DNA of 64,000 nucleotides from the NCBI GenBank assembly GCA_963664115.2, contig CAXWPJ010000005.1, forward strand, positions 1 to 64,000, written 5' to 3'. The notes under the pieces were generated by a model. That model saw nothing but the letters and a program-made list of their open reading frames with translations. It searched no databases and was not told the origin of the DNA. Shown one piece after another: positions 31,172 through 41,490 of this stretch; positions within the stretch are counted from its first letter, which is position 1; the number at the start of each line of letters is the position of its first letter. This stretch comes from Terriglobia bacterium (GTDB lineage: Bacteria; Acidobacteriota; Terriglobia; 20CM-2-55-15). The position numbers were made by a program, and so were the translations under genes.

Positions 31172-31577
31172 CTCCGAGGTGCTTATCTTCGTCTTTTTCG
31201 ATTCCCGGGTGCGATTTTAGTCACCACGTCGATACGAGGGATAGATGCCTTGGTGTCTAAGTAATTTATAACAACTTATGGAAAATCCTCTGAGAGTTTA
31301 CGTACCTTTGTTGGAATATACGTAGTATTTAGGCGGCTTGATTTGCGGCGTAGGTTCCTAACTGCGTAGGCTGCGCGAACTCCAACAGCAGGTTCACGCA
31401 ACGACTTGTTCGGTTACTGAGGATCCGAACAGGTCTTTTGAGCATGCGCCAATCACGCGAGCCGCAGCGTCAGATTCTCAGATTCAGGCGGAAATCTTTT
31501 TCCGCCGAAGCGGCCTCAACGGATACGATTACGTTGAATTCGGTCTCCGCTCTCGAATTCATGAGGTAAACGCTCGG

Positions 31578-32339
31578 ATGTTCGGCTGGTTTCGAGATCG
31601 GCGACGGGAAAGGATCCGGGCCCGACCGTTCCCGGCGGCTTGGAACGCCGAGCTTGAAGCTCTGCCTATCTACCGTCGGCTCCCCGACGCGGATCGCGCC
31701 GAGCTTCGTGGGCACATACAGGTTTTTCTCGGCGAGAAGCGCTTCGAAGGCTGTGGAGGTTTGGAGCTCACCGATCGCATACGGGTCACGATCGCCGCCT
31801 ATGCCTCAATTCTGCTGCTGCACCGCGACAGCAATTACTACCCGCAGCTGGAAAGCATCCTCGTTTACCCCCACGCCTACGAAGCACCGAACGAACGTCA
31901 TCTGGGCGACTACCTGGTCGAAGAAGGCACCGAGATCCGCGAAGGCGAATCCTGGTACCGGGGGGCGATGGTCCTGTCCTGGGAAGACGTCCAGCGGGGC
32001 GCGGCCGGCCAGAAGGACGGCGAAAGTCTCGTATTCCATGAATTCGCCCACCAACTCGACGACGAATCCGGCGAGGCCGACGGCACACCGGTTCTGAAAA
32101 CCCGGGACCAGTGGCGGGACTGGGTGGAGGTGTTCCAGCACGAATACGAAGCGCTCCGGGACGCCGCCGATAGTGGCTGCCGCACAGTGCTCGACCCATA
32201 CGGTGCCGAGAGCCCCTCGGAGTTCTTCGCCGTTGCGACCGAATGCTTCTTCGAACGCCCCCGCGACTTGCGGCAACGGCACCGGGAACTTTACGAACAG
32301 CTCCGAGAGTTTTACCAGCAGGATCCGGCACAATGGTAG
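31578..32339 (+). CDS. MtfA-like zinc-dependent peptidase (M90)
   Basis: FLGEKRFEGCGGL, HEFAHQLD, YGAESPSEFFAVATECFFE, FYQQDP. Confidence 0.9.
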   Translation: MFGWFRDRRRERIRARPFPAAWNAELEALPIYRRLPDADRAELRGHIQVFLGEKRFEGCGGLELTDRIRVTIAAYASILLLHRDSNYYPQLESILVYPHAYEAPNERHLGDYLVEEGTEIREGESWYRGAMVLSWEDVQRGAAGQKDGESLVFHEFAHQLDDESGEADGTPVLKTRDQWRDWVEVFQHEYEALRDAADSGCRTVLDPYGAESPSEFFAVATECFFERPRDLRQRHRELYEQLREFYQQDPAQW

Positions 32340-32503
32340 TGCATTGGTAACGAACAAAGCTCTTCATAAGCAATCGCGCCCCAATTGCCAAGAGCGGTAA
32401 GCCTAGATTTGTCAGCTGCCTGGGGGAACCCCCTGGCAGGAAGGCTTTTCGGGATAGCTTCGATTTCCAGTTAGTTGGCGACCGGACTGATGGTCTAAGC
32501 ACG

Positions 32504-32543
32504 TCTCAGTTTCCCCGAAGCCGACTTCTCGGGGGTTGAGATT
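32504..32543 (+). repeat. Degenerate copy of the putative recombination site
   Basis: TCTCAGTTTCCCCGAA-GCCGAC-TTCTCGGGGGTTGAGATT; right arm similar to consensus, left arm diverged. Confidence 0.4.
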
Positions 32544-32988
32544 GGATCAGTAAACGAAACGGCGTTACTCGGGAGCGAATCGACACTCTTTAACCCAAGT
32601 CGCATAATCAGTTAGGAAACTATGCCGCTCATCGAGCAGCATAATTACATTGTCCGTGCCGGTTCGCTAGAGGTATAAAATGTGCCGAGTAAATCATTCA
32701 CATCACTGGTCGACAGTCTCCACAAAACACAGAGGCCGCTGTGAGAAGCGGTCTCGCACAGGTCGACTTAGATGTGCTGCGGGACAGTTGTTGCCCCGCT
32801 CTGAGGATGGGAGACTAGCTGGGTAGATCGCAGCCGACCACGGCCACGGTTCGCCAGGCTGGAGGCAGATGCGAGGGCAACGCTCGACGAGTTCGCCGGG
32901 ACAGAACTTGTTTGTAATTACATTGTCCGTGCCGGTTCGCCCGCTCTGAGGATGGGAGACTAGCATTGGGTCGATACACGGAGGACCA

Positions 32989-33666
32989 ATGAAGCAAATC
33001 CTACCAATTCTCTTCCTAGTGGTGCTTTCTTCGCAGCCGACCACGGCCACGGTTCGCCAGGCTGGAGACACACAGGATGCGAGGGCAACGCTGCGCGGAC
33101 TAGACGAGTTCGCCGTAGTTGTTGATCTCAACCTTGAACTCGAGGAAACCGGCCTCAACAAAAACCAGTTACAGACTGACGTCGAGCTCCGGTTGAGGAG
33201 GGACGGTATTCGAGTCACCTCTTCCGGGATGGCCTTCCTTGCCATAAATGTCAATGGTTTCGCCGGTCCCGATCAGACCGGGCTTTATGTGTTTTCTGTG
33301 ACAGCACAGGTCATACAGCCAGTGAGCCTCGTTAGAGACTCCGATATTACAATCTTCGCCGGGACGTGGTCGCTCTCTCTGACCGGCCTCGCCGGAAGTG
33401 CGAGAGTTGAAGGCGGTGTGCGAAACTACGTGGCAGACCTTGTGGACAGTTTCATCAACGCTTACCTGGCAGTGTTTTCTGTGACAGCACAGGTCATACA
33501 GCCAGTGAGCCTCGTTAGAGACTCCGATATTACAATCTTCGCCGGGACGTGGTCGCTCTCTCTGACCGGCCTCGCCGGAAGTGCGAGAGTTGAAGGCGGT
33601 GTGCGAAACTACGTGGCAGACCTTGTGGACAGTTTCATCAACGCTTACCTGGCAGAAAATCGTTAG
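32989..33666 (+). CDS. Secreted hypothetical protein with a perfect 183-bp internal tandem duplication
   Basis: GGAGG RBS and signal peptide; 33289-33471 equals 33472-33654. Confidence 0.6.
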   Translation: MKQILPILFLVVLSSQPTTATVRQAGDTQDARATLRGLDEFAVVVDLNLELEETGLNKNQLQTDVELRLRRDGIRVTSSGMAFLAINVNGFAGPDQTGLYVFSVTAQVIQPVSLVRDSDITIFAGTWSLSLTGLAGSARVEGGVRNYVADLVDSFINAYLAVFSVTAQVIQPVSLVRDSDITIFAGTWSLSLTGLAGSARVEGGVRNYVADLVDSFINAYLAENR

Positions 33667-33913
33667 AGAGTCCAGCGGGAAATCACGAAGAAGCACGGAA
33701 GGCACAGATAACGAGAATTTCTATGGATCGGCAGACTTTGCTGCGGCAGGAATGCGTACGTGAATTTGAGGCAGTGAAAGCCCAAGTCGCAAGGCTTTTG
33801 AAGCGAGAGGAAAAGTACATAGATCCCGGCCATGCCATCGATCCATCTTCCGGTCGTAACGTGTGGGAGCGATACTGCACGCTCCAATCAGGGAAGAGCG
33901 GCAAGTAAAAGCA

Positions 33914-34069
33914 TTAGGAGGCTTCTTTGCGGACGAATGTCCACTCAACGTGCTTGCTGTGAAGCGGACACTCGGGGAACGACTCTCCTTGGAGCATCAT
34001 GATTTCGTAGTCGCAATCGTTCGAGGAGTAGATGCCGGCTTGGGTGCAAAGTTCGCCAGTGCGAAACAT
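33914..34069 (-). CDS. Small YjzC-like zinc-ribbon protein
   Basis: MFRTGELCTQAGIY...GESFPECP...W pattern. Confidence 0.5.
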   Translation of the reverse strand: MFRTGELCTQAGIYSSNDCDYEIMMLQGESFPECPLHSKHVEWTFVRKEAS

Positions 34070-35283
34070 CGGTCGTCTGACATCGCGGCTGTCCACATTC
34101 CCTCCCAGGATGCGGAAATAGGGGCCCAGCCGACCAGCCGGCCAAGGCGAGAGGGTCAGCCAGGCACGGGAGCACTAATCCTTGACAGAGGTGAGAGTGC
34201 GCCCACCCGGAATTATATTCCTGAATTTGACGGTGACGAAGGAAAAGCAACCCCCGGCCCAGTGGACCGACCTGCGGAGCGAGTAAAGAAGAGGAAAAGG
34301 ACGATTACGGCGAAAACTATTACGACTTTTCGCATAATCCACCTCCACCTGAAACTGTGCGCCTGACCGTCACGTATTTCAATAAAAATGGCGCTATGGC
34401 TGGTACATTCGGCACAAATTCTTCTTGGAGGCTAGCATCGAGTTGGTTGGGATTCTTACTCAAAGATCGAACAAAATCGAGCACTTCCCATAATCTCGAC
34501 GGACTTCCGCTGCAAAGAAATCACAGGCCGCGTCTCGGAACCGGCATCCATGCCGCACGCGACCGCCGAATCTTCGAGATGTGGATGGCGTGCTGGACCG
34601 GCGCTGAAATAGCAAAGGCTGTCGGGTGTGATGAGAAAACCGTTTCAGCGGTCGTTTCTGGAAAATCGGCAGAGTTGCCAAATGTCCAGAAAGCCGCCGC
34701 TTCGGTAGTGTCCTAAGATTGAGTTGGTAGTTCCTTTGCCAGACGGATTACGTCGTCAGGTGAATACATCTTACCGTCAACCTCGATTTTTGAATCTGGA
34801 CCGAGAACAATGGGCCCTATCTTGTAACCACGTTCCTGAAGCTGATCGACCGCTTCTTTTAATTCAAACAGGCCTGTCATTGCTGGCCTGCAATCAATGT
34901 GAAATCTGTTCCAGGCGGTTGAGGATGCTGGCCTTCTGTTCGTCGGTCAGATTGAGGTTGCATTTTTTGTCGCACAGGATGCAGCGGAAAGGGACATTTC
35001 CGACATCTACGAACCATCGCCATTGAAGATCCGTGTACTGAGGGCTCGGCCTGCCATTGCAGCCGTCTTTTGGGCAATCACCCATCGACAGCGGTATTCT
35101 TTTTTCATCCATCTCATGACCCTGGTGCTGGACTGTATGGACTGTGAAGTAGCGTTCACCCTGCACATTTCAGGCTGAGACGGTCGAAATCCAAATAATT
35201 CTATCTACGCACAAAGGCCATGGGCAATAAGCGTCTTGAGTCCGGCAGGTCCGCGTTTGAAAGACGCGACCCATCCCCATCTT

Positions 35284-37482
35284 CTAGAAGTTAAAAAGAT
35301 TCGTCAACTTGAACACGATGCCTCGCCCGAGCAGTTGACCGTTGCTGGTATCGCGCAGTTCGTTGTAAACGAGGAAGAGATCGCTCAACGGGTGATGGGT
35401 GAGGTTGAAGCGGATGTTTGAGCTCACCTGATTCGTGTCCGCGTTGTACTGAATGAACGCATTGACAAACGCACGTGGGCTGAACGCATACAGGAAACGG
35501 GCCCCCACCAGGTCCGAGCTAAAACGCCCTTGGGTCAACCTCACCTGGTTGCGCGTGTAGTCCACATCCAACCTGAAATGGATGTTCGGCTTCCAACTCA
35601 CACCCCCGGTAAACGAGCGGCGGCGACCGCTCCAGAACTCACCCCATTCCACAGTTCCGTTCCCGCTGATCTTTCCCGAGGGATTGCTCGAAGCTTCGGC
35701 CGAATAGCTGAGATATCGGTAGTCACCTTCGGGAATGGAGACGCTTTGATGTATCGGAAACACATCCCTCAATCGATCAAACGTCTGAACGATGCTGAGG
35801 TCAGCGGAACCGTTGTTTTCGAACCGAAGGCCCAGGTTCACGCGCTCTTCACGTGTTTCGATCTGTTCGATCTCGCCATCCTCGTAATAATCGAACGTCG
35901 TACCGATCACCAGGTTCCTGAATACGGGACTGGTTTCGAACAGCGGGTTCCAGGAAACTTCCCCGCTGTAATGTGTGTTGTCTCCGCGCCTTACGAACCC
36001 TACTTCAGGATTGAAATTCGTCTGGATCTCGTTGTAACTCGCAACCAGGATCAACTCGTCGTCGCGCCACCGGGCCTCGAACTGCCGCGCCTGATTGAGG
36101 TCGGACAACCCCGCCGTGTCGCTTCGAAGCAGGAAGGAATCCAACTCGAGACGATCGAACTGTAAGTGTGTGTCGACGCCATAGACGCGGTTGTAGTCCC
36201 CATCCCGAGACGACTCCCGGTCCGTCAACAGGCCACCCACCCATGAGTTGGTCAGAAACCTTCTCTTGAGCCGCCCGACCACATATTCGGTGGATGCCGT
36301 CTGGCCCTGACTTTCAGTTTTCATGACGAGAAAACCGATGTCATAGGGTCCTGCCTGTCCGGTCACACGGGCGCCACCGACGATCGGTATCGGTGTTCCC
36401 TGACTGCTCAGCCCGATACGTCTGCTGAAAAACGGAACCAGGTTATTTCCGGCTCCAAAGTTGAACGTCCCCGAATTCTCGAGGAAAAAATCGCGTTTCT
36501 CCGGAAAGAAGAGGTTGAAGCGCGTCAGATTGACCTGTTGCTGATCGACTTCCACCTGCGCAAAGTCTGTACGATACGTGGCGTCGAGCGTAAGTGACGA
36601 CGTCAGACTGTACTTCAGGTCCAAGCCACCGTCGTAGTCGGGATCTGTGTCGAAGTCTCCGAAGGGGTCGTTCGCGGGGCGGACCTGGGTCACGCCGGCA
36701 GTCACGAACGGCGTTATCTTCAGATTACGTCCCGGGCGGATGTTCTCGAGGCCCTCGAGGGTCCCGTACTGCGACACACGAGAGAGGTCCCACCGAATCG
36801 GAATCGGGGTCCAATCGCTCTCTTCGTTGATCCGAAGAATGTTGCGATTCATGTTGATTCCCCACTCCTGGATTGTGGCGCTGGAAAATCGGAGCGTCTT
36901 GAACGGGATCACGAACTCTGCGACCCATCCTTCGGAGTTCTGGGTAACCTGGACGTCCCACACGCCATCCCAATCGGTATTGAATCCGGTCAGGCCGACC
37001 TGGAAATCGGCCTTGGCGCCAGCGGGATTGGTTGTAAACAGAACGCTCGACTGCAGATTGTGGAGACTGTCGATAGCGATGGTGAAGACATCCCCGCTCA
37101 GGTAACCGAAGTCTTCCTCGAGTTCGTTGACCACGATGTTCCCAGGATCGGAGTCATAGCAGAAGACACCGACATAAAGATTGTCTTCATCAAATAAGAA
37201 CCGGGCCTCGGTGCGTTCCAGGGAAGGAGCACCCGGGTTGGGCCGCCGTTGAACAAAGTTTGTGGCCGGAGTCGCCAGGTCCCAGGCCGCCTCGTCCAGA
37301 AGGCCGTCAATGGAAATCTCTTCGGTCATTCCGACTGCTGTGATGACGCGCTCCAAGCGGGCCGCTTCGTAGTCAACGACAATGGGGACATCGGAACCAG
37401 TCACGCCCTGACTGCGGGCGGGCCCCTCAAACAGCATCCCAAGAAGGGCGTAGCAGATAGTCCGTCTCACAAAGTCAGGCAC
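35284..37482 (-). CDS. DUF5916-like outer-membrane protein with N-terminal CBM9-like domain
   Basis: IDGLLDEAAW, DWDGVW, EFVIPFKTLRF, TDFAQVEVD, FFPEKRDFFLE, FFSRRIG; C-terminal Phe. Confidence 0.85.
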   Translation of the reverse strand: MPDFVRRTICYALLGMLFEGPARSQGVTGSDVPIVVDYEAARLERVITAVGMTEEISIDGLLDEAAWDLATPATNFVQRRPNPGAPSLERTEARFLFDEDNLYVGVFCYDSDPGNIVVNELEEDFGYLSGDVFTIAIDSLHNLQSSVLFTTNPAGAKADFQVGLTGFNTDWDGVWDVQVTQNSEGWVAEFVIPFKTLRFSSATIQEWGINMNRNILRINEESDWTPIPIRWDLSRVSQYGTLEGLENIRPGRNLKITPFVTAGVTQVRPANDPFGDFDTDPDYDGGLDLKYSLTSSLTLDATYRTDFAQVEVDQQQVNLTRFNLFFPEKRDFFLENSGTFNFGAGNNLVPFFSRRIGLSSQGTPIPIVGGARVTGQAGPYDIGFLVMKTESQGQTASTEYVVGRLKRRFLTNSWVGGLLTDRESSRDGDYNRVYGVDTHLQFDRLELDSFLLRSDTAGLSDLNQARQFEARWRDDELILVASYNEIQTNFNPEVGFVRRGDNTHYSGEVSWNPLFETSPVFRNLVIGTTFDYYEDGEIEQIETREERVNLGLRFENNGSADLSIVQTFDRLRDVFPIHQSVSIPEGDYRYLSYSAEASSNPSGKISGNGTVEWGEFWSGRRRSFTGGVSWKPNIHFRLDVDYTRNQVRLTQGRFSSDLVGARFLYAFSPRAFVNAFIQYNADTNQVSSNIRFNLTHHPLSDLFLVYNELRDTSNGQLLGRGIVFKLTNLFNF

Positions 37483-37577
37483 GTTGCAGCTCCGGATTCC
37501 ATTGTTTCAGCGTGTGTCGAAACGAACCACGGAAACCTGCTACAAGATACGAAATGCGGGGTTTAGAAGCAAACGAA

Positions 37578-37606
37578 GAGAAATGATTCCCTTGGATGTT
37601 GAGAAT
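37578..37606 (+). repeat. Degenerate partial recombination site
   Basis: GAGAA-ATGATT-CCCTTGGATGTTGAGAAT; faces the site at 37621. Confidence 0.45.
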
Positions 37607-37620
37607 CGGGCGAAAACGGA

Positions 37621-37648
37621 AATTCTCAAGGTCCGCGAAGATGATTTC
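37621..37648 (-). repeat. Recombination site, 3' part (split by group II intron; 5' part at 39652-39666)
   Basis: Joining the flanks gives ATTCTCAAGTCCTGA|GAAATCATCTTCGCGGACCTTGAGAATT. Confidence 0.85.
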
Positions 37649-39651
37649 GTAGGGTCGAGCACTGGTGCGGTAACCCGTAGGCCACTCCTTGGCTGTATCC
37701 GGCGTTTCCGCCTTCGTGCCCGTTTAGGAGTGGCCGTAGCTCCGTTTCCAGCGCCCGCCACTTCGCACGCAGCGTGCGGATTTCCCGCACTACGCGCTCC
37801 TGCACACTTCGCCTCAAGGGTTATGAGACCTGTCGAGTGAAAGCGACTATGCAGAATGGCAGGAATAGGACACACGGTAGGCATTGAACAACCCCACCGT
37901 CCCATACAGCCAAGCTGCACTCCACCGCTTCCATCCGAAACCGCGACGCTGACTGGCTCGGGCCCGGTGGGACCGGATCTTCTTTTCAACCCAGGCGCGA
38001 ATGAACTGGAAGCATCCGCTGGAGTGACCAAACGCAAAGTAACGCACCCACCCGCGCAGGATCGGATTGATCTGCTCGATCACCCGATGGAGCGGCTGGG
38101 ACTGCGTACGCTTGAATATCTGATTGAGTCGACGGAGCAACGCGGTCCGCTTTGCTAACTTCGGCGTCCGCAATGCCATCCATCGTCCCCGGCGACTACG
38201 AACGCGCCGGAACTCAAAGCCGAGAAATCCAAAGCTCTCTCCCCGCGTCAGGTCCACCCGTCGGCTCTTCTCCGCATTCACTTCCACCTGAATCTTCGCC
38301 AACTCTTCCCGAAGTCGCTTCTCGACAACCTGCCGAAGCCACTGATACCGCGGATGCGCATCCACCAGGACCACCATGTCATCGGCATACCTGGCGTACT
38401 CGATACACTCCCGCTGCCGGTTCCGGGTAACTTGCTTAGCCCGCTCTAACATCCGATCGACATCATTGAGATAGATGTTACTGAGCAGCGGCGAAATCAC
38501 CCCACCTTGCGGCACACCCTGCTTCCCTGACGCCTTCAGCATCCATTTCAGGAGTCCAAGCACCTCCGGATCGCGGACTCTCTCGGCGACTTTCGCTAAA
38601 ACGATGGGGTGTTTCACCGTGTCGAAGTAGCGTCGCAGATCGAGATCGATCACGTCGGTCTTACCCTCAACGATGGCTCTGGAAACGCGCCCGATGGCAG
38701 CGTGTGCGGTCTTCTTCGGTCGATAGCCGAAGGATCCGGGTTGAAAGTCTGCTTCAAAGATTGGTTCCAGGATCAGCTTCAATGCACCCTGAACCACCCG
38801 GTCCCGGATCGATGGGATCGAAAGCATCCGTTGCTTGCCCCCCTCCTTGGGTATCCCCACCTTCCGGAGCCGTCCGGGTCGATATCTACGTTCGATCAGC
38901 TCCTCTCGAAGCTGGTCGAGAAACCCTTCCACGCCTGCGGCCTCAACGGCGTCAAACGTTACCCCATCGATTCCCGGGGCACCGTCGTTGGCCTTTGCCA
39001 ACCGGTACGCTTCCTGAAGCGTTTCTCGCTTTACCACGTGGATATACAACCCCCAAAAGCGCCAGGCCGGTTCGGCCTTCGCCTTGACGTATAGTCGTCG
39101 CCTCAGGTCTTGCAGACTAATGGGCGCATTTGTCATTTCACCCCTGCCTCCCGTCTTGGTTTCGACCTCATGTACAGCAGGGCCCCTTGGCTCCACGGGC
39201 GTTACTCCGCTTCATCGCTACTACGGACCCGGCCGCCACCGTCTCGTCTGCTCCCGACTTTCCGGTTGTGCCGGTTATACGATCGCTCCTGCTCCACCGA
39301 TTTCTCGATGGGACGAGGACGGTTTCTCCAGTTGCTCGGCATGTCCTTGTCACCGTGCTGCCCCTAATCACCCCGCCGGAGTGACAAGCCGCTTCGGTCA
39401 GATTGCGACATATCATGCTGCCTTCGCCCGTCCCAAGAAGGCTCGGCCTCCGGATCTACTCATTTCGAGGCCACCTCTAGGTTCACTTGCGTTGCGGCCC
39501 GGTGACTCACTCACCATCCTTTCTGATGGCTTTGTCGATCGGCTTCATCCGCTTCGTTTCCTCCACGGATGCGACCCAAGTTACAGAGTCTCTGACTCTT
39601 ACTCTGGTGGGGCTCTATCCCACTGAACATGCCAGCCTTAGCTGGACGCAC
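37649..39651 (-). mobile_element. Group II intron (about 2.0 kb)
   Basis: 5' GTGCG, 3' CTCGACCCTAC; domain V-like GAGCGCGTAGTGCGGGAAATCCGCACGCTGCGTGC after the ORF. Confidence 0.9.
37847..39133 (-). CDS. ltrA: Group II intron reverse transcriptase/maturase, no endonuclease domain
   Basis: GAPGIDG, IPSIRDRVVQ, SFGYRP, PQGGVISPLLSNIYL, YADD, NPILRGWVRYF. Confidence 0.92.
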   Translation of the reverse strand, partial: TNAPISLQDLRRRLYVKAKAEPAWRFWGLYIHVVKRETLQEAYRLAKANDGAPGIDGVTFDAVEAAGVEGFLDQLREELIERRYRPGRLRKVGIPKEGGKQRMLSIPSIRDRVVQGALKLILEPIFEADFQPGSFGYRPKKTAHAAIGRVSRAIVEGKTDVIDLDLRRYFDTVKHPIVLAKVAERVRDPEVLGLLKWMLKASGKQGVPQGGVISPLLSNIYLNDVDRMLERAKQVTRNRQRECIEYARYADDMVVLVDAHPRYQWLRQVVEKRLREELAKIQVEVNAEKSRRVDLTRGESFGFLGFEFRRVRSRRGRWMALRTPKLAKRTALLRRLNQIFKRTQSQPLHRVIEQINPILRGWVRYFAFGHSSGCFQFIRAWVEKKIRSHRARASQRRGFGWKRWSAAWLYGTVGLFNAYRVSYSCHSA

Positions 39652-39776
39652 TCAGGACTTGAGAATGGATTTCAGGGCACCGGCACCCGTTCCTTCAGTT
39701 CTTCAAACCAGTTAAGGACGATGTTGATTTGGGGAGAGGCCGCTAAGTCCGTTTGGCCTTCAGGTAACGCCACTAG

Positions 39777-41490
39777 ACCCTGAACAAGCGTGATTGACGA
39801 GGAAATGATAGTGCAATAAGAGCGGAAGTACCCGAAATGCCCCCTCTCCGTGCGAAAAAAACCTTGGACAGATTCTTCGGAAAAGGAGGCATTTCAGATG
39901 AACGATTATACGCGCAAGAACATGAGGAACCGCAAGCGGCGAATCGAACGTCGGCTTGGGGACCGGCATTGGACGGATCAGGTAGAGCCGATGTTTTCGG
40001 CGAGCAACATTCAGTACGAGATGGGAGAGCGGACGCGGGGCACATCGGTTGGTGGTATCGGGACGATGCAACTGGTGGCGCGGCGGACCGGGCTGATCGA
40101 AGCCATCGACAAGGGCGTGCATGTGTTGAAGCGGCACCTGCCGTATCACGAGTCGGATCACGTGCTGAACATCGCCTACAACGCCTTGAGCGGAGGAACG
40201 TGCCTGGAAGACATCGAACTGCGGCGCAACGATGCGGTGTATCTGGATGCGCTGGGAGCGCAACGGATTCCGGATCCGACGACGGCGGGAGACTTCTGCC
40301 GGAGATTCGAGGCCGACGACGTGGAGTGTCTGATGGAGGCAACCAATCAAGTCCGGCTCGGAGTCTGGCGACAGCAACCGGCGGCGTTTTTCGAAGAAGC
40401 GGTGTTGGACGCGGACGGGACACTGGCCGAAACCACGGGGGAATGCAAGCAAGGGATGGACGTGGCCTACGACGGGACGTGGGGATATCACCCGCTGATG
40501 ATCTCGCTGGCCAACACCGCCGAACCGCTGTATCTGGTCAATCGTAGCGGCAACCGGCCGTCGCATGAAGGAGCCGCGGTCCGGTTCTGATTGTGCCGGC
40601 ATGCTTCCTGCTGCGCGGGGACACGGACTTCAGCCAGACCCGGCTCTGGACGGATCCAGGTGGGTTTCATATTCGGGATTGACGCGATGGCGAACCTGAA
40701 GGCCCGGGCCGATGAACTGGAGCCGCGCCAGTGGAAGCGCCTGGAACGGCCCGCGAAATACGACGTGCGACGACAACGTGAAGGAAGAGATCGTTCGGCA
40801 GCGCGGTTTCGACAATATCCGCTTGCAGGATGTGGCCGAGTTTCGGTATTTCGGAGCCTGCGATCGGGACTACCGTGTCGTCGTGTGCGGAAGAATCTGT
40901 CGGTGGCCAAAGGAGAGCAGGTGTTGTTTGACGACATCCGGTACTTCTTCTACATTACCAACCGTTCGGATCCGGCCGACCAGATTGTGATGCGTGAACG
41001 GTGCAATCAGGAGCCAGTTGAAGAACGGCGTTCAGGCTTGCGGAGCCGGTGGACCAGCAACTGGGCCTCAGGTCACTTGGACACTGAAAGCGTGGTTTGC
41101 ATTGCTGCTTCCCGAAACCGGACGTTGGGGCAAAAATATCAGGCTGAGGCAAACCGTGCTGCGCGTTCAAAACCTTCTTGAACGTCATCTTGTGCCGTCA
41201 ACTCGTGCGCACCGGGCGGCGCATTCTGTTCCGGATCCTGGCCTGGAACCGGTGGTTGCCGGTCTTGTTCCGCGGGGTGGATGTGTTGGACGATGTTGAC
41301 CCGATCATGACTCTGAGCCCGGGCGATCGAGGTCCCGGTTTCTGTCAACCGTCCAACACCAGCGAGGCTGAACTGGCCAGATTCAACAGAAACTCGATAC
41401 CTGGAACAGGCCATCCGGGAACGGGATTCTATGCCTCGAATTCTATCGGCGCGAACTGGGCCTCGGCGGATCTGGGCGCTTGTTTTGGGA
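39777..41490 (+). mobile_element. IS1380-family element, copy 3 (3' half riddled with small deletions)
   Basis: Same ends and CTAG flanks; near-identical to copy 1 up to about 40585, then many indels. Confidence 0.85.

Noticed and set aside
37847-39133. RT read as a DGR or retron that diversifies the kinases
   Set aside because: It has clear group II intron boundaries and domain V, and the kinase stubs show no adenine-specific variation.
40585-41490. Novel ORFs or hypermutation in IS1380 copy 3
   Set aside because: Dense small deletions in one half of an otherwise near-identical IS point to a consensus artefact.
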